A stretch of DNA of 63,323 nt, the filler included, from Salisapilia sapeloensis CBS 127946 (taxonomy: Eukaryota; Protista; Oomycota), in the NCBI GenBank assembly GCA_023334545.1. It is 6 parts of 6 records of this genome, joined end to end, with 100 filler letters (N's around TTAATTAATTAA, not from the genome) between each part and the next. Parts side by side here need not be neighbours in the genome. Positions count along the whole stretch, not along the records: positions 22,451 to 47,539 come from JAADVB010000255.1; positions 47,640 to 49,395 come from JAADVB010001051.1; positions 49,496 to 56,159 come from JAADVB010000551.1; positions 56,260 to 63,323 come from JAADVB010000534.1; 2 more parts are not named here. One strand, written 5' to 3'. Of this stretch, positions 47,120-58,590 are shown in pieces; the stretch's first letter is position 1, and each line of letters begins with the position of its first letter. The position numbers were made by a program, and so were the translations under genes. The notes under the pieces are model-generated. The model saw nothing but the letters and a program-made list of their open reading frames with translations, searched no databases and was not told the origin of the DNA.

Positions 47120-47539
47120 CGGCAGGGTTCGGAAAATATCCCGTAGAATAAATAGGGGATGTCAAACCTGGCAAAAAATGCCTTATTTTTCTTAAATAAG
47201 ATTCTTATCTTTCGGCTCTACTGATCTTATTTCCAAAATAAAACAAACCACCTCCGGATGTGGTTTATCCTATTTAAAGCCTGACTGATTCATGAGCGTT
47301 CGAAATAAAACTTGCGATTATTTTAGAAGTTATGGACAATTATTTGGCAATCAGACACCTCATTATATTTTGCAATTTTGACAGGTTTGACACGCCCTAA
47401 TGGATGTTCGGGCCGCGTTCGCGTATAATACCAATTCAGCATAATTGGGGATTCAGATTTTGTAGCTCTATTAACGATTATCGAATCGGGCAATTTCGCG
47501 TTCGCTGAGAATAGCCGATTGTGTTTAATCATTTACCAT
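47120..47539. mobile_element. Possible terminus of a DNA transposon truncated by a gap
   Basis: Starts near CAGGGTTCGG, carries repeated CGTTCG motifs and runs into the contig end; no partner TIR visible. Confidence 0.3.
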
Positions 47540-47639
47540 NNNNNNNNNNNNNNNNNNNNNNNNNNNNNNNNNNNNNNNNNNNNTTAATTAATTAANNNNN
47601 NNNNNNNNNNNNNNNNNNNNNNNNNNNNNNNNNNNNNNN
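47540..47639. other. Assembly gap with artificial linker
   Basis: N run containing TTAATTAATTAA. Confidence 0.97.
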
Positions 47640-48117
47640 ATATTTGTATTTATCCGTGCTACATACCTTGGGCAGAGCACAATTTTAAGCAATAACGCTT
47701 TAACTAGTTCGCTGAACAGCGAGTCCATATCAACCCAAATAAGCTGTCAGTACACATACAGTTTACTATAGCGTCTTTAATCATGTAACGACCAGTACAC
47801 ATGTCTGTGCGCATATGATTTGATAGTGCACAATTACAGATATAATGCGTGTTTCAGCTAATATCTTGGAAATGTTTGTTAATGCACAATTAGTTTGCAT
47901 CTAAGCAGGACGTCAGAATATTCGATACAACCCAGACATATAGACATATAGGATGTAAAGCAAAATGCACTATTTAAGTTTAATTGTACATTGACCAACA
48001 AAGTATGCCAATGTTTTATCTGATGATTTACGAAATTTCACGAGAATCACCAATCCAGCTACTTAAGATAACACACAAACTCAAACAATCAAGTTTAAAA
48101 CCTTTTCCATCATTGCT

Positions 48118-49395
48118 ATGTCTCAATGCTCTCAGCCTTCCAACGTCGTTTCTCGATTTGAACGCCAGGTTCAGGAGCGTGCGGCTCAGCTTGAAGTGAG
48201 CCAGGATCCCTACGGGACATATGCTGACCAACTCGTGAATGAGGCTCACGACTATGGCGCACCAGTTGTCTCATCCTTTGTGCATGATGTAGGCAATAAC
48301 TGTGTGCAACTAATGACGAACTTTGCCCTAGGTGAGTTTGAAGCATTATAGAATGTCGTGAGTGATGACCCTCTGTTTGAGTGGACCCTAGGTCGATGCC
48401 GGAAGTATCGAACAACTGCAAAAGATGTTTTCTTTATGGTTTTGTGCGTGTTGAAGTACAATACGTGGTATAAGCATGCGGCTGACTTCAAAATGCAACC
48501 TTCTTCATTTGAAAGAATGATATCCAAGGTATATTTTGGTGTACTATACTCATGTATGTTGATTTGTCTAAAAACAATTATATGGATACTTCGATGCTAA
48601 ACGTTCTTGACCCAGTTCTTGAAAAGCATTTTCTAAAAGAACCCGAAATGGCTCGTCGTCACTTCCACCACTTCCCGTATGTTCTATACGAGGTGGATGT
48701 CAAGTTCCAGCACAGTAATTACCCAGGTGGCACGTTTTTGAATGCCAAGGAATACTTCTCGGGTAAGCACGGACTATACGGGTACAAGATCGAGTGTAAG
48801 GCTTTGGAATCTTTTAGGGCCTTGCCTTAAGGCTATGTAGTCTTTCAAGCTTCGTGACTTAAAAAGTTGCGTTCGCTGATTTGTCGAAGTTCTTTTCTTT
48901 CCATCTTTTCTCTTTTTCGTTGGCTAAACATAAAGTGCGCAAACATAGCAGATAAGCGAGAAATCTCGACGCTTTCTATGGAACCACGTCATGTTGCTTA
49001 AGTCAATCGAACTCTTTTGATTGTACAGCCCATTCTTAGATGCAGCGTAGACAAAGAAACTCAATTCTAGTTTTCTAAAGACAAATACAGCTCACTTCTC
49101 GTTTTGCCGACTACTCCTCAGGACACCACCTTTACATCGAGTGTGCAGTATCACCAGTGGGTCGTGTTATACACATCAATAAGCATTACACAGGGTCCAT
49201 GTCTGGCATCTACATCTTGAACGATAACCTGGACCTTCACGAGAAGCGTGTTTATCAAGAGCAGTGTGGTAACGCGCTACCGACTTTTTGCTAATCAATG
49301 GTCAGTTGAATTTATTTTCAGCTAATCAAAAGCGATGTACCCATATCCAACCAACAGAATCAAGGATACCAGTGATGCCGACGACTTTCCGCTGG
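48118..49395 (+). pseudogene. Degenerate PIF/Harbinger (DDE_Tnp_4)-like transposase of oomycete type
   Basis: MTNFALGEFEAL(stop), AKDVFFMVLCVLK, FPYVLYEVDVKFQ and YFSGKHGLYGYKIEC; resumes at 49136 as IECAVSPVGRVIHINKHYTGSMS; premature stop, frame changes and an insertion; cut by a gap. Confidence 0.8.
48798..49135. mobile_element. 338-bp insertion flanked by a 9-bp direct repeat ATCGAGTGT, interrupting the transposase pseudogene
   Basis: ATCGAGTGT at 48789-48797 and 49136-49144; removing the insert and one copy restores YKIECAVSPVG. Confidence 0.8.
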
Positions 49396-49495
49396 NNNNN
49401 NNNNNNNNNNNNNNNNNNNNNNNNNNNNNNNNNNNNNNNTTAATTAATTAANNNNNNNNNNNNNNNNNNNNNNNNNNNNNNNNNNNNNNNNNNNN
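49396..49495. other. Assembly gap with artificial linker
   Basis: N run containing TTAATTAATTAA. Confidence 0.97.
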
Positions 49496-49636
49496 TACAG
49501 CGAGCAGAGATCTGATTTCGCTCGACGAGAGGCGAAAGACAAGAGGCGTCATGACGAGCATGGACGCAGGCTGGTCCGATCCATATCAAGTGACGTTGAA
49601 CTATTTAAACGGCAGGAGAGTAGATGTAGTAGTAAT
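49496..49636 (+). repeat. 141-bp repeat, left copy (inverted partner at 56019-56159)
   Basis: TACAGCGAGCAGAGATC...GTAGATGTAGTAGTAAT is the reverse complement of 56019-56159 by direct reading. Confidence 0.92.
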
Positions 49637-50089
49637 CTGCATATGAATGAATTATTCATTTTGGAATTTTTATTTCAAAATTCTTTTCTTTGGTATGGTC
49701 ATCATGTTTCTATTGTTTTTAAGCTATAGGTCTAGCTAGAGTCTAGCTAGTTAAATAAGTTTGAAGGAGAGTTGTAGCATCGTAGGTTTGTCGAGGTCCG
49801 AGTCCAGCGAAGACGTCGTATATGTATGGGGGTAAGTTCGCAAGGGTTAGAATTCTTTTCTTTGGATTACTGAATGTATCGTTTCGCTAGTTTGACATAT
49901 GAAACAGTGTTCTGAAGTAGCAGAAGTAGTATGAAAGGAGATCAATCAAAGTCAATTGTTCATGTGTCAATCGAACCAGCTTCATTTTCCTTTGATCTTA
50001 CCTGTATGTGCAACTTCATTTTTCTAGGTAGAGGCTCCACCTTCATATTCTTCGAAGCCTTTCTTTCGCTAACCATGGCAAGGTGCATG

Positions 50090-51991
50090 TTACATACCGT
50101 AGTATCGCTTTACAAAGCCACCGACACCTGGATGTAATCCGGTCATTTCTGTGTCCACGACAGGATCCAAGGAAGCGGTTACGATGGTCACATCTACCGC
50201 AATGTCAGTTCGATTGAGGGTTATGTATATGTGACGAGAGACAACTTGGAAACTTTTGGTGAAGGCGACGGACAGCGTTGAAGCTGATGAAGATGCACGT
50301 AACGTAGATGGCATGTTCATCCACTCCTTTCAACAATAAAATCTATCGCATTCGTCAATAGTACCAAATATGTCATATGCTTATAGAATCTGCAATACGT
50401 TGATAGCATGTACGATAGCAGTTTCTTGTGCACACTCGCAATCCAGAAGTATTACGTCCATGGCATGGACATCCGATGGCAGATCGGCTTCACGCGTCGT
50501 AATTTCTTTACGTCGAGACTCGGGCGCGAGTATCTGACCTAACAATGAAATGTCATTGTAATCGTACCAGCTATAGATGTACTCAGAAGTTTTAACCTGA
50601 TGGAGCACCTGGCAACAGGTACCTTAAGACGTCTTGCAGGAGAAAACCTTCGTCGTTCACGGATACGCCGACACACGCTCGTTTGCGACGCACGCCTTCC
50701 CATATATCTCCGGAAGGAGTGGTGACTTGGTGGCGAGCAGTCGGTGTTAGTGATAGGGTCTCCTCTAATAACAAGCTACAAACGAATCAATTTCCACGTC
50801 TGAGTTCATCCAATGGCAGGTGAACACTTACCGAATGAGTCGATCCGCAGTTTGTTGGAAAGATCGATAGGTAGAGGAGCGGTCCCGTAGCTGAGTGACG
50901 AGCTGCTGGACGACTGGATACTGCATCTCATTAAGCTGTGGGTTCGTTGGTGGCCGTATAGCACGCGAAGGACGTCCGTTCGCATCTCTCTCTCTCTGCT
51001 CTCGACACCGGTACGGATTGTACATTCCAACAGAGTCTATAAACTCTGCATCCGCTTCCCTCAGAACCTGGCGACGAAGCGTATTATCCATTCCGCTCAC
51101 GTCCCTCTGATCTAGCTGTCGAAACGGATCTTCTATTCTAACGGAGTCCATGTCCCTCTGGTCTCGACGTTGAAACGAACTCGCCACCTCATCTAGGCTT
51201 ACATCTCTTTGCTCTCGTGGTGGGAACGGGCTCTTCGTTTCGTCCGCACTTCTGTCTCTCTGGTCTTGACGCCAGGATCGATCCTCCATTCCAGCAGACT
51301 CCGAGACGTCTACATCCATGCCATATGACTCTCCACTTCTTCATTAATAGATAAAACTATTTAGTTACTGGAAATGATCAGCTATAGGAAGGTACCTGTG
51401 GGGAAGTTGGTGGCGATCGTATGGACTCACTCGGTGCTGAGCTCCTTGACGTGATCGAGTGTTGTAGTTGGAAGCTACGCGTGGTCGACTGCTCGAATGA
51501 GTAAGTGCAAAAGCGTTTCCATCAGCTAGTGTCAATGTGTCACTTGGATGACCTTCCTGCTCATTAGGCCCTTCCGGTTGGACCATGTTGTACTCACTCG
51601 CTAGAGCCCGATTATACGGAAGCGTGCTTGACCTCACACGAGCGCGAATGGTTTCTCGGTTTTTGAATGTGTTGCTGATGGCCGCACGAGTGACAGCGAA
51701 CTCTTGTGCTAAATCAGTCTGACGCGCTCCGTTCTCGAGTCGGTAGATGATCTCCAACCGCTCCTCTTCCAGCAGATACCGCAGGTCTCCGTGACGCCGA
51801 CGCTCGACTGGCTGGAAGCTCGCCGCCATAGGCAGAGCTCCTGGTCTAGACGCGGCGCGCACGGAGGTCGGATCTAAACGAGAGAAGGCGTAGCTATTGA
51901 TCCCCCGTAGATGCCTCTCTTCTGCCGAGCTTTCAGTCATTGACTGCGAACCCGATGGCGAATGCGTTTGTGGGACGACGGATCGAGACAT
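50090..51991 (-). CDS. psq/CENP-B-type HTH fused to a degenerate uracil phosphoribosyltransferase-like domain; 5 exons
   Basis: Exon 1 HTH YLLEEERLEIIYRLENGARQTDLAQEFAVTRAAISNTFKNRETI. Spliced C-terminal half QLRDRSSTYRSFQQTADRLIRLLLEETL..VTTPSGDIWEG..CVGVSV..VLRYLLPGAPSGQIL..LPSDV...VILLDCECAQETA..ILLLKGVDEHAIYV..LHQKFPNVTIVTASLD..HPGVGGFVKRYYGM* is colinear with UPRTase. Confidence 0.85.
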
Positions 51992-53294
51992 TGCTCAGGA
52001 AAACGACTGCTTGCCTCGCACGTCGAGGGACTGTGGGATTGGTCGTACTGGGGTCGATAAAACTAATTAGCGATTTGTGAGGAAGGTGGCGTTACGAATG
52101 GGTAGATTTATATTCAACCATACAGCTAATCCAGGAGGTATCTTTGTCGTGATCTAAAGCCAATGTCCAAGTCGCAAAGGGCTTGTACCTTGCAACTCTC
52201 TTACATGCGCGCGCTATTGCACGAATGGTAGGTCATGATACACTCATCTCAGCTGTTGCGATGCGGCATGAGCAAGTAAAAGCGAAAAAATGAGCCGTTA
52301 TGAACCGAAAGCTAGCGTTGAGGAACTAGACGGCCCCTAAGCTAGAGTGTTTTAAGCCAGCGACATTTTTATAAAAAGAAAGCCTTCTAATGTGTTCACA
52401 CGGGTCACATCAGTGAATGAAGAGAGCAACAGGAAAGGTTCATTTGAATATGAGTGGAGCTAATGAGTATAGACGGCAGTAATCGGTGTGATAGCTGGTA
52501 TGTGGGATTTGTTGCTGCACGAATCGAGAAACGACTGTCGATGCTATCCTTGAAACTATTGAACAAGATTTAAATGGAGGATGACCACAGCATAGTCTCA
52601 GCCGTCACAGTCTATTTAAAGTTTTCGTCCATTTTCGATCTGAGAAAGTCCAACACCAATTGAGTTGATAGCAGGTGAGGTGTATGGCTCTAGATGGTAT
52701 GTATGCTCGCTCCTCTGCTAGAGTTAGTTTCAATTTGAACTTGAGCAATGGTACAAAACAATGTTGCATTCATCCACTAAACGCATGAACATTATACAAG
52801 CTCTTTACATGTGTGCTTTGATGCGTATGCAAAGTTGACTGCATCGAAAGGCTGATCTCAATATAGTGCAAGCGTTTGGAGACATTTCCCTTATAATAAA
52901 TGAGAATACAACCTTTATTGGCATTGGGCGCTATGATAGATGATCGTAGCGTGTCAAAGTAAGGTTTCAGGATGAAGTCTGTTCGTCTATCAAATAAGGC
53001 AACCTCTTGAAGGAGCAGCTTCTACGGAGCATGGCACGCAGGACGACCAACGTTGCCAATTGTTGTGGATGAGTTATACGAAATGGTGACAAACGATATG
53101 CCGTCGGCATCCAAAGTTGTAATCTTTGATCCGTTCTTAGCGCAAAAGTAGCAAAACGTTATGCCATACCGCACTACCCGTCGGACACGAATGTGCGCTG
53201 TATGCTTTGAACCTACAACTGAGTAACATCGCGTCCTACTATACGTACAGTGCTGCCGCGGCCAACCGTTTTGCTATTTCGACTTCCCTCTACC

Positions 53295-53675
53295 CACACC
53301 TCGGACAAACATTTGAAGAATCGGAATTTCGCCGGAATCGGGTTATGAAATTCTGGCTGGAATCGGTCAGAGTATGTGTGAATCATCAGAATCCGATTCA
53401 TTCTTCGCATTTTGTATTGGCTAAAAATATAGCTTTTATTGACTGAAACGTTTGTAATGTAGTCGAATAACTACCAATAATTTTGCTTCAAATGGAGTTG
53501 CCGGGAATAATATCAGCCAAATGTGATTTCCGCTCAGAATCGGGGCGTTCGATTCTGAGTCGGCTCTGAGGAATCAAGGTAAATCAAATCAAGCGAAAAA
53601 CGGATTCCCGCTAACCTCCAGAGTCCAAAATTGGATCAAATTGGATTCTTAATATAAATGTTCGTCCGAGGCATG
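53295..53675. mobile_element. Non-autonomous TIR element (MITE), about 381 bp
   Basis: 20-bp TIR CACACCTCGGACAAACATTT versus the reverse complement of AAATGTTCGTCCGAGGCATG (17/20); flanking direct repeat CCCTCTAC at 53286-53293 and 53676-53683; many GAATC(GG) subterminal repeats; no real ORF. Confidence 0.88.
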
Positions 53676-54330
53676 CCCTCTACTGTGCCTAGGACTGTTT
53701 CAGCTAGAGATAATTTGCCAAGTAGGTTTTGTAGTGAATTGTACCTTCAAGGTGAAACATGATGGAAAGAATGGGCAGATACTTTTTCTGGTATGGTAAT
53801 GCAGAACTTCATTTGCAAACTGTGGGAATGTAGAAGCGAGCATAATAAACTCTACCTATCAAATTTAACATCGACGTATGCGTATTAGAACCGTCCATCA
53901 AATATCTTTGCATGTAGGATACTATCATTCTTGCGACAAAGAGTGACTATAGAAGTGGTTACGTATGAGGTCCGCGCGGACTCGCCCGCAACTGCGGCTA
54001 CAAAGTGATGACTAGGAGCTAAGTCGGGTAATGCAGGGTACTACCATGCCTAGAGCACTTTCTATGCTTGCGTGTAGTGTCCAATTAATAAACGCAAAAA
54101 GCTACTATCCAGCACTGCCCACATCATCCCATGCGGTCAGCCGTGCTGTAAAGCCGCTTACCAATCCTTGGGGCCATATGAAACGATCACAAGAAGTGGC
54201 TACTCCCTGACAGATCCATCGGTCTTGTGACTAAAACGATCCGTTTTAATCGAAATCCTATCCGCCATCCGATCGTGAAGAGTCGTAGAGTCAGTGTAGC
54301 CAGCACAAAACCAACCAGAGGGAGGATATC

Positions 54331-55952
54331 ATGCTCCGACTTCTCTACCTTGTTGCTTGCTTCTCAGTCTGTACGTCAGCTCCAGTCGTGACATATACCT
54401 CTGAAAAAGGAAAGCTGTATGGCAATGGCAAAGAGCTATATCTAAAAGGAGCGAACTGGTTCGGCATGGGTACGTGTCTGTCTTCGTCTACCAAGGCATG
54501 AATTAATAGCAGCATGTAGAAACCATTGAGCTCGCACCACAAGGTTTATGGCCTCATGCAGCTACAATCGAGGGCACATTGGATACTTTACAAGAGCAAG
54601 GTTTCAACGCCATCCGCCTTCCGCTCGCGATCGACTCGATCATGAATAACCCAAAGGTCTCCAATACACAAGTCGACGGATCTCCATACCTGGAGGACCA
54701 ACAGTACCTAGACATACTCGATATTATCATTACGAAAGCCGGAGAAAAGAATTTCCTCGTCCTCCTTGCGAATCAACGCATGGAGGCTTCGGAACCAGAC
54801 TTTCCAGACATCGCATCGCCGAAAGACACAATTCCGGCATTAAAAGAACTTGCTTCTCGATACTGTAACATCCCATCTGCATGGAATGTTTTGGGAATCG
54901 ACTTGAAAGCCGAGCCCAAGGGCAAAGCGACATGGGGAACAGGCGATAAGTCTACCGATTGGGACGTCATGGCCACCGAGATGGGCAAAGCAGTCTTAAA
55001 AGAATGCCCCGACTTGCTCGTATTCGTCGAAGGTGTACAAAACAATATCGATGGCGAAAAGCTTGAATGGGGACAGCCCGGCGGATCCTTGCAAGGTGTC
55101 AAGGAGCATCCGATCGATCTATCTACGAAACTCGTCTACTCGGCACACGTCAAGTCGCCGACAATCGACTACAAGAGTCCGTGGTTCAATGCGAAAGACT
55201 ATCCGAACAACTTGCCGGCGATTTGGGACGCTTACTTTGGCTTCGTCCCGAAGGAGACGGGGCATGCCGTCATCGTCGGGTCATGGGAAGTCAAGATTGA
55301 GGACAAGAAGAATCGTGCGTTCGGCGAAACGTTGGCCAAGTACTTGGAAGAGAATCGTATTAGTTCTTTCTATTGGGCCGTGAATCCTAATTCTGCTGAC
55401 GTCGGAGGGCTCTTGATCGCCGACTGGAAGACGCCGGAGCCGTTGCGTTTTGAGCTCCTGTCCGACCTGCCGACGTCCGATGTCCAAGACATACTGGCTG
55501 TTAATAACGTATGCAAGTCGACGTGTGACGGCAATGGCGAGTGCGTCGACGGACAGTGCGAGTGCTACGCTGGATGGAGCGGACCGCAATGCGTCGTGTG
55601 CAGTCAAGGCGATCGTACAGCCTGCAACTCGTTCGGGACGTGCCAACGAGACGGAACGTGTGCGTGTGATGACGAGGGCGACGGCAAATACTGCCTCGGG
55701 GAAGACTGCGGAGACATGGACTGCCAAGGGGAGGATGCTATGTGCAAAGGTGGCGCCTGTGTCTGCACGTATTACTGCTCTGGTAGTGACTGCACGTCTT
55801 GCGCGGCTAACTCGACAATGCTGGAAGGCGACGATGATATTCTCTGCAGTGAATGCAAGTCGGCGACAAAGACAGCGACGGATGCGGCAGCGACTTGTTC
55901 TAGCGCCACATTGGTCGCTATCGTCACGCTGGTACTCGCTATTGCGTTTTAA
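54331..55952 (+). CDS. GH5 cellulase-like domain plus EGF-like Cys-rich repeats and C-terminal hydrophobic anchor; 2 exons; catalytic residues degenerate
   Basis: First exon MLRLLYLVACFSVCTSA...LKGANWFGM, intron, then GFNAIRLP, WNVLGIDLKAEP, VYSAHV and FYWAVNPNSADVGG; EGF-like CDGNGECVDGQCECYAGWSGPQC. Confidence 0.88.
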
Positions 55953-56018
55953 GACACACAGTCAAGCAATATCCCACCATCCACTTCGCATGAATCACCA
56001 ACACTTTGTTTATGGTAA

Positions 56019-56159
56019 ATTACTACTACATCTACTCTCCTGCCGTTTAAATAGTTCAACGTCACTTGATATGGATCGGACCAGCCTGCGTCCATGCTCG
56101 TCATGACGCCTCTTGTCTTTCGCCTCTCGTCGAGCGAAATCAGATCTCTGCTCGCTGTA
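56019..56159 (-). repeat. 141-bp repeat, right copy (inverted relative to 49496-49636)
   Basis: Direct reading shows reverse-complement identity. Confidence 0.92.
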
Positions 56160-56259
56160 NNNNNNNNNNNNNNNNNNNNNNNNNNNNNNNNNNNNNNNNN
56201 NNNTTAATTAATTAANNNNNNNNNNNNNNNNNNNNNNNNNNNNNNNNNNNNNNNNNNNN
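56160..56259. other. Assembly gap with artificial linker
   Basis: N run containing TTAATTAATTAA. Confidence 0.97.
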
Positions 56260-56782
56260 GCTTCTTATAGCCCAAGGACTTGCAACTATCAATAATACCA
56301 TTTAAAGTTGCACTAATAACAGCACAGGTACTACTTAGAGCAGTCTTCGCTTCCTTTGTTTGACGCAAGCCAGCTCGATGAACTGTTCTGTAACCTCCTG
56401 GGAACGTACCATCAGTATTCACAATGGCGACACTAGAATGATAGAGAGCTTCGTTCAGTGGTACAGCTTCAAATGAGCAGCCACGGGGCATGCATGTGAC
56501 CAAGCGATCGGTATACGGAACATCACTATCCCCCATAATGGGCATTGGACCACTTTCAACGCTTTTACCAACAGCACCGACAGAACTGCTTTTAGTACTG
56601 CTCCAGACAATAGATAGCATTTCGGAGCACACAAGGAAAGCGACGAAATATAACGTTAAGAGGTTCAATACGTCCGTACAAATGCTCAATCTTGAACGTC
56701 TCAAGTCATAAATTCTTTTGAAATCACGAGGCTGTGATTTTAACTTGCTTTGGCTCGTCGATCCTTTACAAGCAACCTTCAT
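56260..56782 (-). CDS. 5' part of an oomycete-type transmembrane protein (3' part in gap)
   Basis: MKVACKGS start, signal-anchor helix, DSDVPYTDRLVTC motif; frame open up to the gap. Confidence 0.6.
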
Positions 56783-58590
56783 CTCAACACCCGAGAAAGC
56801 AGCTCCGCGCAACTAGCCGATATGAATTGCTGAAACGACGCTGGAAGCTAAATGTAAGGTTAAAGTTCACAATCGAATGCGCTACGAAACTGACATTGAT
56901 GAGACACAAAATTGGTTGCTGTATATCTATCACTGCAGGCACAACCTTTTCGTTGGCCAAGCTATAACGAAAGATGTATCCATCCATACCAGACAACAGG
57001 AGAGACTCCTTTTCTTTTGCCTTGTTTAAGCATAATCTATAGTCTAAAATTGCTTTCACTAGTACACGTCAGAAAGAGATATCAACGAAATATGAGCATC
57101 TTAGCACATTTCGTCTGAAAGTAAAACTCTGGGGAAGATGCGAGTGCGTGCCAAAGGCAACGAGTACTAAGCTCATCTAGCGGGACTTAAACGTCAGATC
57201 TGGTGACCATGGATGACAAAAAAGGGTTCAAGAGCGAAAATTACACCAGATTACCGGTAAGGCATACCTTTTGGATAAAGAGAAGATATAAATTCGTGCG
57301 AATCGTCAGTATATAGCTCACATAGTAGCGAGAGCGATGCATTTCAACCTACACACCGCACTGCTCGATAGGTTTAGACACAAACAGCCTGCTACCAAGG
57401 TCAGAAGAGCAAATTGCTATCTGGCAAAAGCATACCCCTTGTTAGAATAAAGTGTTTTGTTCTTCAAACAACATTAGAATATGCATTAGATTAGGAAAAG
57501 CTAGTACGTTGAACTAATCCTAGTTGAGTACCTAATTTAGCGGCACTGCTCTCCTTAGTGTCCCAGAGTTTCCTATCTGCATTGACTTCCGAAGCATAAA
57601 ACCGATCCTCGTGGGAAGCACGCATTAAATAGACCTTGAAAGCCTTCTCTATTTCTATTTAGTCATTCAACTTCTCTAGATATGGCCCATAAGTCCCGCT
57701 AGATGTGCTTGCTATTCGTTGCCGTAGGGTGTACTCACATCGTGCCCATAATTTTACTTGATGACGAAAGCATACTCAGGTAGTCCAGTGTTAACGATTA
57801 GCCCTTTGGACGGCATGAAAGTATGGGAGTTCGGGCTTTCGTACAAGGTATGCCAGAAGATGGTTTCTGCTATAGTGTTTTCTCAAAGTATCGATTTGAT
57901 TCGCAAGTAAGATACATCGAAGTCGACTGAGGTGCGTTTCTCAAATATCGACTTATATCACTGTGCTGTTCAATTATCTGAAAAATTTCCTCTATTTCCG
58001 TTGCCGCATCTAATGAAGTATGGAACTCATGAAATGACTAGTATAGCGCTTGTTTTTCTGTTATGAAAATATCGAGACGACGTTACATCCAAATTTAGTA
58101 TCATATATTAACGGTGCTTCAGTATTTGGTACGTGCTGCTTTGCGCGGCATCGGGTGTAGTCAGCAGTCATAACTAATAAAATTCAAATATTATTATATC
58201 ACAAGCCTCGCATCATAATATGTACTATTACGTCCAGAGACTTAAAAGGAACCCAGCAATTCCGACACCATTTCTCAGAATGGTTAATCCCATCTTCAGT
58301 AGGCTCCAAGGGCAGACGCAGGCTAAACGAAAGCTAATATTCCTCTATTTTTGCTACAACAATCATGTTTAATTCTTATTTTAGTTACAATTCAATATAA
58401 CGGCTCCCGCGCGTTATCCCCTCGCAAATTATAGTCGATGTAGCACAGGATCCGTTTCAAAACGGATGCGATAAATCGAAGCGGGATATCTCTCAACCAC
58501 TTCAGTGTCGACTTTTCCCCAAAGTTCGAACACGAAAAGTAAAGCTTACGAAAGTGATTTTGAACGAGCGAGTCTCCGTACGTAACTACC

